Shown here: piece by piece, positions 55,294 to 64,000 of the stretch | Layout of the letters: each line of letters starts with the position of its first letter | How positions within the stretch are numbered: the first letter of the stretch is position 1 | Source of the DNA: an uncultured virus (IMG/VR IMGVR_UViG_3300029258_001513) | Lineage: Duplodnaviria > Heunggongvirae > Uroviricota > Caudoviricetes | Virus record (IMG/VR): IMGVR_UViG_3300029258_001513 | Direction: 5' to 3' (one strand) | DNA: 64,000 nucleotides | The notes under the pieces: model-generated | What the model saw: the letters and a program-made list of their open reading frames with translations, nothing else | Database searches by the model: none | Told to the model about the DNA's origin: nothing | Translations under genes and position numbers: made by a program

Positions 55294-55791
55294 ATGATGA
55301 GAGAAGGGTACTGGATAAACTATCGCACGGGCAAGGTGTTCATTGTCAATGAGCATGAACAATGGCTGCGTAAGAAGGGCAACGCCAAGAAGCTCGGTCT
55401 GCGTGCCAATGTCGTTCGGGCTTTTGACGAGTTCGAGCCGGGGCGTGACCGTGATAAGTTTCTCCTGTTCGTGATGCAGAATGCCCCGGTCATGCGGGTT
55501 CGGGGGCATGGCAATTACGTGAGTTTCGAGTATGCCTCTCGTAGTCGGCGTGACCCGATTGACGCTATTTGGAGTTGGGCTGAGGACAACGCTGGTCCGT
55601 TTACTGAATTGTTCATAGTCAACTTCGCTACCCGTGAGAAGACCACTATGTATTTCAAGGACTTCGAGGAAGCGATGGACCGGGGCGGAGCCGAGGCTGT
55701 GATGCGGGCGGCTTCAGTCAGGAAGTTCTCCGTCCGACGCAAAATCGCCGAGGAATTGCTGGTTCTGGCGAAAAAGTTGATTATGGTCTGA
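55294..55791 (+). CDS. hypothetical protein
   Basis: TTGATA-N18-TATAGT and GAGGAG RBS upstream; EGYWI..HE.W..RVRGH. Confidence 0.75.
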   Translation: MMREGYWINYRTGKVFIVNEHEQWLRKKGNAKKLGLRANVVRAFDEFEPGRDRDKFLLFVMQNAPVMRVRGHGNYVSFEYASRSRRDPIDAIWSWAEDNAGPFTELFIVNFATREKTTMYFKDFEEAMDRGGAEAVMRAASVRKFSVRRKIAEELLVLAKKLIMV

Positions 55792-55816
55792 CTTTAGAGC
55801 GTATAATCTCATTGTA

Positions 55817-56662
55817 ATGCTCAAGGTCGGCCTATCTATCCTTACGAACGGAAAACGTCTGGACAATCTCCAGACGTGTGTTTCGTCGTTTCTGACCAAC
55901 TGCTACTTCCGTCCCTTGGTTGTGGCTGTCTTTGACAATGGTTCAAAGGACGATACGTTTAGTTGGCTTCAGGAGCGGAAGGCGAATCCGGGGTATGCTA
56001 TTGGGTGGCGTATCGAGCGGTCGGAGCGGGACGTGGGGTGTGCCGCAGGTGTCAACAGGGTTTCCCGAATGGTGGATGATTGCGACTATGTCGTCCACGT
56101 TGAGTCTGATTTCCGGCATCTTCCCTTTTCGATTACCGGGGTGGATGGTTATTGGCTTCACAGGGCTTTGGATTTCATGCAGGATGAGGACTGTGACTAT
56201 CTCTATCTGCGACGGATGATGACGGAGCGGGATATTGCACAGCATTGGTGGGCTCAGTGGTTCGCTCGGGTCACTCGTATCGAGGGGGATTACATTGACT
56301 GTCCGTCGTTCTGGTGGAGCAACAATCCGCACCTTAGATTGAACCGGGCTATTTGGGACGCGGGGTGTCTGCCCTTGGACGAATCAATTGATGGTCCGAA
56401 AGGTTCCGTGGGATGGAGCAAGCCCGAGTTGTCGGCACCAAAGCCTTCCCGTCCTTGGATACACAAGTGGGGGCTTTTTGTGCATGAGGCTCCTTCGGAT
56501 GAGGAACTGTTGTCCGTAAAGGGGTGTCCGTTACCGGGTGGTTGTAAGTACGGGTTCTTCCTGCCCGGTCCTGCGGGTAACATGTTCTGTCAATGCTGCA
56601 ATCTGGACGATGACTTCACGGATATGCAGGAGCACTATGACAAGTTCAGAAGGATGTTCTAG
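55817..56662 (+). CDS. GT2-like glycosyltransferase with Cys-rich tail
   Basis: VFDNGSKD, GCAAGVN, VHVESDF, WSNNPHL. Confidence 0.82.
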   Translation: MLKVGLSILTNGKRLDNLQTCVSSFLTNCYFRPLVVAVFDNGSKDDTFSWLQERKANPGYAIGWRIERSERDVGCAAGVNRVSRMVDDCDYVVHVESDFRHLPFSITGVDGYWLHRALDFMQDEDCDYLYLRRMMTERDIAQHWWAQWFARVTRIEGDYIDCPSFWWSNNPHLRLNRAIWDAGCLPLDESIDGPKGSVGWSKPELSAPKPSRPWIHKWGLFVHEAPSDEELLSVKGCPLPGGCKYGFFLPGPAGNMFCQCCNLDDDFTDMQEHYDKFRRMF

Positions 56663-58185
56663 TGAATGACTTGAACGTGGTATTCTTCGGTCTTCGTCGT
56701 GGTGGGCAGCACGCGGTTATCAACTGGGTGGCGGCACACTTTGAAGAGCCCGTCTGGTTCTTCAATGACATTTGTGATTTCAACAATCCTGAGCCCATCA
56801 TTGATGACACAGGTGCAACGAAGCCTTCGTATTATGTTCCGACCCCTATGAAGATTCCCAACGTATGGCAGATTCCCAAGGGAATCGTGTTCCAGTCTTA
56901 CGAGGACAAGCCTATCGACAATCTGGACTTTCAAGCCAACGCTCGGGTTGTGGGCGAGAGCAAGAAGACAATCTGTGTCATCATCTTGCGTGATTTGTTC
57001 AACACGGTTGCCAGCCGCATGGCTCATCCAAGTTTTCTCATGTTCAAGGTGGAGCCGTGGCTGAAGGAGCGGTGGGAACAATACGCGATGGAGGCTATTG
57101 GCGAGACCAGTTATCTACCGAATATGGTTGTTATCAACTACAATTTCTGGTTCAGGAGTGAGATTTATCGCCGTCGGTTGGAAAGGCTGATGGGTCTCGG
57201 CGTGACGGATGAGGGAATGAATACCGTTTCGGGGGTTGGCAGTTCGTTCTCTTGGCTGAAGCACGACGGGAAGGCCCAGAATATGAAGGTCGAGAAGCGG
57301 TGGGAAAGATGGCAAGGCGAGAGGAGGTACATGGGATTCTTTCGGGAAAGTCCTCGGATATGGGAACTTCATGATACTATCTTCGGTAAGATAGCTGAGC
57401 CACTGCGACAACCTCCCAAGATACCGCGTTCCACGCAGGGTTCTCTCAAGGGTAAGCGGATGGTGTATGTCCGAATTCCCAAGACGGCATCCACTACATT
57501 CAAGGAGTCTTTGTCTGAGTGGGCATCGGAAAGAAAGCTGCGTGTTTTGTACCAGTCTCACCACAATATCCACGACGATGGTGTCCGGGGAGTGTTCGAC
57601 CTTTCCTTACACCACGTTGTTTTCAATCCAATCAATGTTGCGAGACTCAGGATGCTTTTGCCGGACTGTATTTTCATTACGAGTGTTCGTGACCCTATTG
57701 AACGGGCAAGGTCTCATTATCACCATATCGGGCCGGAGGGGCACGTCAATAGGTTTGCCAAGAACGGGGTTCCCTTTTCCGATTGGTACATGAAGCACAA
57801 GGATTTGGAATCGGATATGGCCGGGTGGAAAAACTCAATCAATTTGAGGCATTGGACGAATGGCACGATGGCTTGCTTTATGGGGTTCTGCCACCCGAAT
57901 GTTTCGTATGAGCAGTTTTGCACAAGGTACGCCTTTATCATGGTTGCGGAGAGGTTCGAGTTGAGCTTGCGTGTTTTCGAGGCATTGGTAAATACACAGA
58001 TTTCCCGGTTAAAGCCAGTTCGTGTCGCGGTGTATAATAGGGAGGAGATACCGCAGGAAGTGAGAGACGCTTTCCGCGAGAGGAATGAACTGGATTACCG
58101 GATGTATGAGTACGGATGCCGTAGGCTCGAAGAAGAGGCACGAGAGGTTGGGTGTGAAGATACGATTTGTTCTAACGAGGGATGA
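56662..58185 (+). CDS. tandem two-domain sulfotransferase-like protein
   Basis: GLRRGGQHAVINW..LRDLFN..ASR; second domain VRIPKTASTT..VRDPIERARSHY..NELDYRMY. Confidence 0.82.
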   Translation: MNDLNVVFFGLRRGGQHAVINWVAAHFEEPVWFFNDICDFNNPEPIIDDTGATKPSYYVPTPMKIPNVWQIPKGIVFQSYEDKPIDNLDFQANARVVGESKKTICVIILRDLFNTVASRMAHPSFLMFKVEPWLKERWEQYAMEAIGETSYLPNMVVINYNFWFRSEIYRRRLERLMGLGVTDEGMNTVSGVGSSFSWLKHDGKAQNMKVEKRWERWQGERRYMGFFRESPRIWELHDTIFGKIAEPLRQPPKIPRSTQGSLKGKRMVYVRIPKTASTTFKESLSEWASERKLRVLYQSHHNIHDDGVRGVFDLSLHHVVFNPINVARLRMLLPDCIFITSVRDPIERARSHYHHIGPEGHVNRFAKNGVPFSDWYMKHKDLESDMAGWKNSINLRHWTNGTMACFMGFCHPNVSYEQFCTRYAFIMVAERFELSLRVFEALVNTQISRLKPVRVAVYNREEIPQEVRDAFRERNELDYRMYEYGCRRLEEEAREVGCEDTICSNEG

Positions 58186-61100
58186 GAACGTACCTACGGG
58201 TGGTGTGAAGCAGGCATACCGCCAAGTGGACGTACTCAGGAAACACGGTTACGACGCCGCTATCGTGACCCCCGTGGAGGGTTTCCGTTGCTCTTGGTTT
58301 GAGAACGATACGTTTGTCGTTGGTCCCGGAGAGCAAGTGGGTCCGGGGGATTTCGTGGTTCTCTCAGAGGTACTCCCATTCGTTCCTCCCGAAATCAAAG
58401 GTGCCGAGGAAGCCAACATTATTGTCTACGCTCAGAACCCATTCAACGTGCCGAGGGGATTCGGGGGCATCTCAAACTTCGGCAAGTTTTACAAGGACAA
58501 GGTTCGTGGCGTGATGTGCGTATCACAACATTCCCTTGAGCAGCTTTCTGCTTTGTTGCCAGAAACGGAAGTGCATCGCATCCGATACTCTTTTGACCGG
58601 GCTCCTTGGGGTCTGTCGAGGTCTCCCAAAGAGAAACGTATTCTCTACATGCCCCGCAAGAGGGGCAGGGACATTGAGGAAGCTCTGATGCTTGTCAATC
58701 AGGCGGGTCTGCTCAGGGGGTGGCACGTTGACACGGTCGATGGTAAGAGCGAATCCGAAGTCGCCGAGCTTATGCGTCGGGCGATGGTTTTCATCTCGGG
58801 CAGTTTCCGCGAGGGATTCGGTATGCCTCCTGCCGAAGCGATGGCATGTGGCTGTGTCGTAGTTGGCTGGACGGGTATTGCTGGTCGGGAGTTCATGTTG
58901 CCGGGTGTCGCCTATCCGGTTCCCGAGGGGGATGTGTTGCATTGTGCCAACACACTGAAGGAGGTTCTGTCTCAACCCGTGGACAAGCTCATAGCGACGG
59001 GGGAGATGGCATCCGAGTACATCCGAAACACCTATTCTTCTACGGAGGAAGAGAAATCTGTTTTGGAGGCGTGGAAGGCATTTACGGGAACAGCCGTTTT
59101 CCCATTGAAGGACGTTGCTGCTTTTGTATCGACGTATGACGAAGGCCCTTACTTGGAATCTGTTCTGCGTTGGCTGTCTCCCAGAGTGGGAATGATTTAC
59201 GTTGTCGAAAGCCTGACCACTTTCCACGGGGAGCAGAAGCCGGAGGGGGAGAGGCTGACGAAGAAGATTGTAGATTCGGTCAGGGGAGAAGGTCTTGAGA
59301 ATATCTCCTATCATGTCCTTGAGGGTAAGTCGCACCCCAAGCCGGATATCAAGGAGGCACACGAACGCAATCAGGCTCTTGAGATGATTGAGAGGGATGG
59401 TTACAAATGGGTCTGGATTGTGGATGCTGATGAGTTTTACACAGATGACGAAGCCGAGAAGTTGTGGGCGTGGTTTCTGGATGTGTCGAGTCGGCATCCC
59501 GAGGTTTGTGGGGCGAAGTGTACGTGGTATACCTATTGGCGTTCGTTGAAATGGCGTATCGACCCGCCGGAGAATTTCCATCCCAACATCATTGTCAAGC
59601 CGTCGTGCCGGATAGCGACTTCCCGGCATCTTGTGCCGGAACAACAATCCAGAATCATGGATGTGCCTCGGGATATCTGTATGGCTAGGCATTATTCATG
59701 GGCTCATACTCCCGAGTATGTACAGCGTAAACTGGCGACGTGGACTCATGCTCATCAGGTTGTTCCTGATTGGTTCAGGAGGGTCTTTATGGCGTGGAAG
59801 CCGGGCAGTGACATGCGTAACCTGAATCCATCTGAGCCCACGGCTTATCAGGAGGTTGTTCGGGCGAGTGAACCGATGCCGGAGGCTTTGGCGAGTCATC
59901 CCTACATGCGTGCGGAGATAATCGAGAGTCCCAACCGAAAGCGTATCAAGGTCGTCATTCTGAATCACAATATGCCTGAGAACTGTGACAGATTGTATGA
60001 ACAGCTTTCGGGTTGTTTCGATGATGTCGAGATATTCGACAGCGGTTCCGACCCGGACAAGATTCCGATACACATGGGGCGTAGGTTACCGAATGTGTAT
60101 TGGACTGGTGGTTGGAATGAGATTCTGAAAACGTGCTCGGGATACGATGCCGTGTGGATGTTGGGAGATGACATCGAGCTTCGCTCAAGTCCAGAGGATT
60201 ACCGGGACGCCATAGAAAGCTCGCTTCCGTTTGGGTGTTGGAGCCCTTGTATTGAGGGCAGAGCAAAGCCTTTCATGCAGGCGGCTCATTACGCTCACGG
60301 GGAACCCAAGAGCGTGCGTAACATGGAAGGCATGGCAATGGCTCTCTCGGGCGAAATGATGCGTTCCGTGAAACGCTTACCCGAGGGTAGTAACGGCTAT
60401 GGACAAGACCTCTGGTTGTGCTTCAAGGCACGCGAGGCGGGGTTGCGGAACGTGGTGGATGGTCGCGTTCGGGTGTTCCACCCGGAGGGAATACGTTACG
60501 ACGACGAGAGCTTCCATAAACAGATGGAAGCTGTTTTCGGCAAAATGTTCGGTCCTGATTTCAGGCGGACGGTGTTTCAATACGATGACAGATACGAGCG
60601 GAATCTGATGGAGGAAAATACGATGAGTGAGAAGCCACGGGGGCAGGATAAACCAGTCGGGAAGCCTTATACGATTGTCACGGTGGATAACGGATGGTCG
60701 TACCCGGACTACATTCGGATTACGAATGCGTTCCCGGAAGCTCGGAAAATCATCATGACAAAGGGCGTTGCGGAGATTCCCCCTCACAAGGGAATTGAGA
60801 TAGTGCCGTATGACGGCAGCCTGTCAATGTTCTTGGTTGAAGCCGACGTTGCGTTGTTCCCGAAGGTTGGTGTTACGACCAAGGAAGACTTGTTGAAGCT
60901 GATGAAAGCCGGGGTTCCCTGTGTTGTCCATCAGGACTTTGCCAAGGATATTATCGAACACATGGAAAATGGGTATATCTACCAAGTTCTTCCGTGGGCT
61001 CAACGGTGGCTTGAACAAATCAGGGATGACCCCAAGCTGCGGGACAAGATTGCTTCGTACAGGTGGCCGGATTCGGATTCTCAAGAGGAAAAAGAGAGCG

Positions 61101-61762
61101 AGCCTGTTGTTGAGGTTGTGAAGGAGGAAGTGTCTGACTCACAACCTGCGGAAACTACGCTCGTGACGGTTATTACTCCGACGTGGAGCCGTGACCTGAA
61201 AATCATCAAGCGGTGTATTGATGCCGTGCGTCTTCAGACGGAGCAGAACTGGGAGCAACTCGTGTGCTCGAATGGCCCGGAGGAACCGCAGGTGAAGCAG
61301 CTTGTGGAGGGATTGAGAGACCCGAGGGTGAAGTACCGTTGTGTGGGGAAAGATATATCCGACAAGGACTTCGGGAACTCGGCTCGCAAGGCTATGATTG
61401 GTGAGGCTTGGGGTGAGTTCGTGGCGTTCTGTGACGATGACAATATCTACCTGCCGGGCTTCTTGGAGACGATGACTGTGAAACTCGTCAATGAACCAGA
61501 TGCGGGTTTCGCAGTGTGTGACATCATGCACTTTGGTCCGTTGAACGAAGCCGAGGTGGGGTCGCCGCCTATCGTGCTCAAGGGGGAGCCCGTGAAGCTC
61601 TATCATATTGACCCGCTTCAAGTCATGGTCAGGAAGAGTGTGATGCGGGAAGTGGGATGGGATACGGAGGTTGGCTACTTATCGGACGGCGTGACTCTTG
61701 AGAAACTTGGGAGGGGTCACGAGCATATCAAGGTCAACGAATTACTCGGGGTGCATCTATGA
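58154..61762 (+). CDS. multi-domain glycosyltransferase (GT4-like plus several GT2-like domains)
   Basis: TGGVKQ..EGFGMPPAEAMACG; WIVDADEFY; FDSGS..LGDD; VTVITPT..FCDDDN. Confidence 0.9.
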   Translation: MKIRFVLTRDENVPTGGVKQAYRQVDVLRKHGYDAAIVTPVEGFRCSWFENDTFVVGPGEQVGPGDFVVLSEVLPFVPPEIKGAEEANIIVYAQNPFNVPRGFGGISNFGKFYKDKVRGVMCVSQHSLEQLSALLPETEVHRIRYSFDRAPWGLSRSPKEKRILYMPRKRGRDIEEALMLVNQAGLLRGWHVDTVDGKSESEVAELMRRAMVFISGSFREGFGMPPAEAMACGCVVVGWTGIAGREFMLPGVAYPVPEGDVLHCANTLKEVLSQPVDKLIATGEMASEYIRNTYSSTEEEKSVLEAWKAFTGTAVFPLKDVAAFVSTYDEGPYLESVLRWLSPRVGMIYVVESLTTFHGEQKPEGERLTKKIVDSVRGEGLENISYHVLEGKSHPKPDIKEAHERNQALEMIERDGYKWVWIVDADEFYTDDEAEKLWAWFLDVSSRHPEVCGAKCTWYTYWRSLKWRIDPPENFHPNIIVKPSCRIATSRHLVPEQQSRIMDVPRDICMARHYSWAHTPEYVQRKLATWTHAHQVVPDWFRRVFMAWKPGSDMRNLNPSEPTAYQEVVRASEPMPEALASHPYMRAEIIESPNRKRIKVVILNHNMPENCDRLYEQLSGCFDDVEIFDSGSDPDKIPIHMGRRLPNVYWTGGWNEILKTCSGYDAVWMLGDDIELRSSPEDYRDAIESSLPFGCWSPCIEGRAKPFMQAAHYAHGEPKSVRNMEGMAMALSGEMMRSVKRLPEGSNGYGQDLWLCFKAREAGLRNVVDGRVRVFHPEGIRYDDESFHKQMEAVFGKMFGPDFRRTVFQYDDRYERNLMEENTMSEKPRGQDKPVGKPYTIVTVDNGWSYPDYIRITNAFPEARKIIMTKGVAEIPPHKGIEIVPYDGSLSMFLVEADVALFPKVGVTTKEDLLKLMKAGVPCVVHQDFAKDIIEHMENGYIYQVLPWAQRWLEQIRDDPKLRDKIASYRWPDSDSQEEKESEPVVEVVKEEVSDSQPAETTLVTVITPTWSRDLKIIKRCIDAVRLQTEQNWEQLVCSNGPEEPQVKQLVEGLRDPRVKYRCVGKDISDKDFGNSARKAMIGEAWGEFVAFCDDDNIYLPGFLETMTVKLVNEPDAGFAVCDIMHFGPLNEAEVGSPPIVLKGEPVKLYHIDPLQVMVRKSVMREVGWDTEVGYLSDGVTLEKLGRGHEHIKVNELLGVHL

Positions 61763-62787
61763 GCCGGTATTTCACAGCCAACAAGCTCGCGTATTGGGAG
61801 CGTTCTGCTACATACCTGAAAGGAGGTTGCATTGTTCCGGTCACGTGGGAACTCGACCTCACGACAGCTTGCAATCAGGCGTGCCCCGGATGTTCAGGCA
61901 ATCGGTTCTTCAACGTGTCGCTTTCGCCGGACGAGGCGACTCGTATTGTGAAGGAGATTGCCGACGTGGGTGGTGAGGGACTTATCCTGACGGGCGGGGG
62001 CGACCCGACGATGAACCGGGAAGGATTGCTTGCTGTTCTTGGAATTCTACCGATGCTGCTGCTTACGCACGGTGAGCTTTTTGACGAGGAGCTTGCTCGT
62101 GTCGTGCTTCCGCATTTGGAGGGTATCCGGTTCAGCTTGGATGCTTATGATGACGAGTCGGCTGTCAGGTGGCGTGGTATTACGCCCGAGCGGTGGCAGA
62201 AGACGCTAGGGAATATCAGGAGGGCGGTTGCCATCAAGAGGGAGCTTGGGTTGACGCTTCCTATTGGTACGGCGTATCTGACCGACCGGGAGCGGAATGC
62301 CGGGATTCCGCATTTTGCGGACTTGTCGAAGGCATTGGGTGCTGACTACGCTCAGTATCGACCCATGCTCTGGTCAACGGCGAATCAGCAGCAGCCTGAT
62401 TGGGACTATCCTGTTTTCGAGGAGTTGTACGGGAGGGCTGAATCTCACTACCCGGACATGGTTACGTGTTCCCGGCAGAAGTACGACCGTATGGCGAACG
62501 GCACCACGGGAAGACCTTACGAAAGGTGTCATGCCGGGCGTTTCACATCCACTATCGGGGCGGACGGGAAGCTGTATTTCTGCTGTCACACGCGGTACAT
62601 GCCGAGCTTCAGCTTCGGAGACCTCAAGACCGAAAAGCTGGCGGATATTCTCAGGACGGAACGCATCGAGAACATTCGGGACAGGATGACCATGGAGGTT
62701 TGTCCGCTGCTCTGCCGGGGTGATTCCATCAATCGGGTCATCACGGACATGCAGGAGAAAAAGCCCAATCACCTTATGTTCCTCTGA
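61759..62787 (+). CDS. radical SAM protein with SPASM/twitch domain
   Basis: CNQACPGC, LTGGGDPT, C..G..IGADGKLYFCC..GDL..CPLLCR. Confidence 0.92.
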   Translation: MSRYFTANKLAYWERSATYLKGGCIVPVTWELDLTTACNQACPGCSGNRFFNVSLSPDEATRIVKEIADVGGEGLILTGGGDPTMNREGLLAVLGILPMLLLTHGELFDEELARVVLPHLEGIRFSLDAYDDESAVRWRGITPERWQKTLGNIRRAVAIKRELGLTLPIGTAYLTDRERNAGIPHFADLSKALGADYAQYRPMLWSTANQQQPDWDYPVFEELYGRAESHYPDMVTCSRQKYDRMANGTTGRPYERCHAGRFTSTIGADGKLYFCCHTRYMPSFSFGDLKTEKLADILRTERIENIRDRMTMEVCPLLCRGDSINRVITDMQEKKPNHLMFL

Positions 62788-62792
62788 TTTTC

Positions 62793-62820
62793 TCAGAATT
62801 GTGGGTTCCTCGTGCAATGA
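62793..62820 (+). promoter_or_regulatory. TCAGAAT-N12-GTGCAATG motif, copy 14
   Basis: Between stop 62787 and ATG 62827. Confidence 0.75.
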
Positions 62821-62826
62821 GGGGGC

Positions 62827-63615
62827 ATGAGTACGACGATTTTAGCGAAATGCCGAAAGACCCTTGACACTCTGCATCGCTTGGATGAGATGGGTGGCTC
62901 CGGCACGATGTTCGGTCGCGAGCACATCTTCGGCGAGCTTCTTTATGAGGCTCACGAGCGGGCTGGAGAGACGGATAAGGGGTGTTTCTGTTTCAAGAAG
63001 CTCGGATGGTACGGGAATATCGTTTCATGGGAGCCCACGATTGACGCGGTCAAGGAGTTCCTGACTCGGGGATTTACGGGTGCTGACATCGAGGAACTTA
63101 TCGGGTGGTATTCGGGTATCAATGCTTCACCTGACCAGTTGTTACTCTCTGTTTACCTGAAGCACATTCTCAAGCGTGATGATGTCCGGGGATTGGTTGC
63201 CGAATCTGACCGGAAGAAAGCCGAGACGGACGCTGCCGAGGCTGCCCGTCTTGCTGCGATTCCCCATACCGAACCTCCGGCTGATGCTCCGTTGTATCGG
63301 CACGAGGAGTGTCTTGAAGACTTTGCCGGGAACCACTCGCAGCCGGGTGTGTGGGCTGACGTGTATGTGGCTGATGATGGGAGCGAAGTGGTTACATTTG
63401 GTGGCTGCTGGGGGTACTTCATTGAAGGCGATGACGTGCTTGCACAGTTCATGGACGGCGAACGGGGATGTCCCGTGGAGGCTCGACGCTCCAAGGTCCG
63501 TGAGTTGAAGAAAATCGCCGATACGGATAACCCGTTCGGCGGGTTCTTGCGATTCTTGGAAGCCAATCACAAGAGTCTTCGTTTCGGAGAAGAGTTCCGA
63601 TGGGGTGACAGATGA
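62827..63615 (+). CDS. hypothetical protein
   Basis: 262-aa ORF after promoter motif. Confidence 0.75.
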   Translation: MSTTILAKCRKTLDTLHRLDEMGGSGTMFGREHIFGELLYEAHERAGETDKGCFCFKKLGWYGNIVSWEPTIDAVKEFLTRGFTGADIEELIGWYSGINASPDQLLLSVYLKHILKRDDVRGLVAESDRKKAETDAAEAARLAAIPHTEPPADAPLYRHEECLEDFAGNHSQPGVWADVYVADDGSEVVTFGGCWGYFIEGDDVLAQFMDGERGCPVEARRSKVRELKKIADTDNPFGGFLRFLEANHKSLRFGEEFRWGDR

Positions 63616-63878
63616 TACGATGGCTCAACAAGGTGTTTGTTCGCGGGAACGATGAGTCCCGTGACTTCAATCGCTTTCGTGGTGGGAGCACGACGCGGCG
63701 ATTGTGTTTTAGGGGGTGTGATGTTTACGGATGGATTCGATATTCGGTTGGAGTGCCGGGCACACGTCAAGGAATCGCGGTCGTGGTTCTGGATTCCCGG
63801 CTGCTGTGATACGTGGCCGAAGTGCCCGGTGTGTAAGAAAGACTTGGTGAGGGTACGGGGCAGACCCCCGAAACGAAA

Positions 63879-63954
63879 GGGTGCGTAGGTCAATGGCAGA
63901 CCGAGGGGCTCTAACCCCCTGCGTTGCCGGTTCGAGTCCGGTCGCACCCCCCCA
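63879..63954 (+). tRNA. tRNA with CUA anticodon (amber suppressor type; amino acid undetermined)
   Basis: GGGTGCG/CGCACCC acceptor, GGTC/GACC D stem, AGGGG-CTCTAAC-CCCCT anticodon arm, GCCGG-TTCGAGT-CCGGT T arm, CCCCA 3-prime end. Confidence 0.93.
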
Positions 63955-64000
63955 ATGAAGACGATACGAAAGGCGAACCTGCTAAGTGCGTTGCACGAGG

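Noticed and set aside
21119..62820. CRISPR array or integron attC sites
   Set aside because: Recurrent motifs are short, kilobases apart and non-palindromic; no cas or integrase gene seen
63879..63954. tRNA-Pyl
   Set aside because: Canonical D loop with GG, 5-bp anticodon stem, TTCGA T loop and 5-nt variable loop, unlike tRNA-Pyl
1..64000. Complete TAG reassignment (code 15) across this window
   Set aside because: All long conserved genes are intact under code 11 and several end on TAG at natural termini

Overview
64 kb of what looks like the accessory/early region of a large (jumbo-type) bacteriophage. Essentially all genes are on the + strand, densely packed and often coupled through ATGA/GTGA overlaps. 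No structural or host housekeeping operons are visible. The one credible minus-strand gene is an HNH endonuclease that splits a DNA methyltransferase. Zone 1 (0.1-26.2 kb) is an array of about 45 short, mostly Cys-rich (Zn-ribbon-like) ORFs sharing a terminal motif P-x-G-(4-5 mostly hydrophobic)-x-E(E), about 50 copies counted by eye. It is interspersed with cargo genes (MTases, GT2, DUF4031, DUF1937, SLOG, secreted Fn3-like proteins, LpxR-family deacylase). Zone 2 (21-64 kb) carries 14 copies of a rigidly spaced motif TCAGAAT-N12-GTGCAATG in front of genes (candidate dedicated promoter). It encodes NADAR, a CobT-like VWA / WGR / SH3-like / MoxR-AAA module, a double C-type lectin, NAD-dependent ligase, free-standing Hint-like fragments, an SbcC C-terminal half, an intein-containing AAA ATPase with a broken splice junction, an amidase, and a glycosyltransferase-sulfotransferase-radical SAM cluster. 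An amber (CUA) suppressor-type tRNA lies at the right end, and one otherwise intact ORF has an in-frame TAG. All family calls come from motif recognition by eye; no searches were run.
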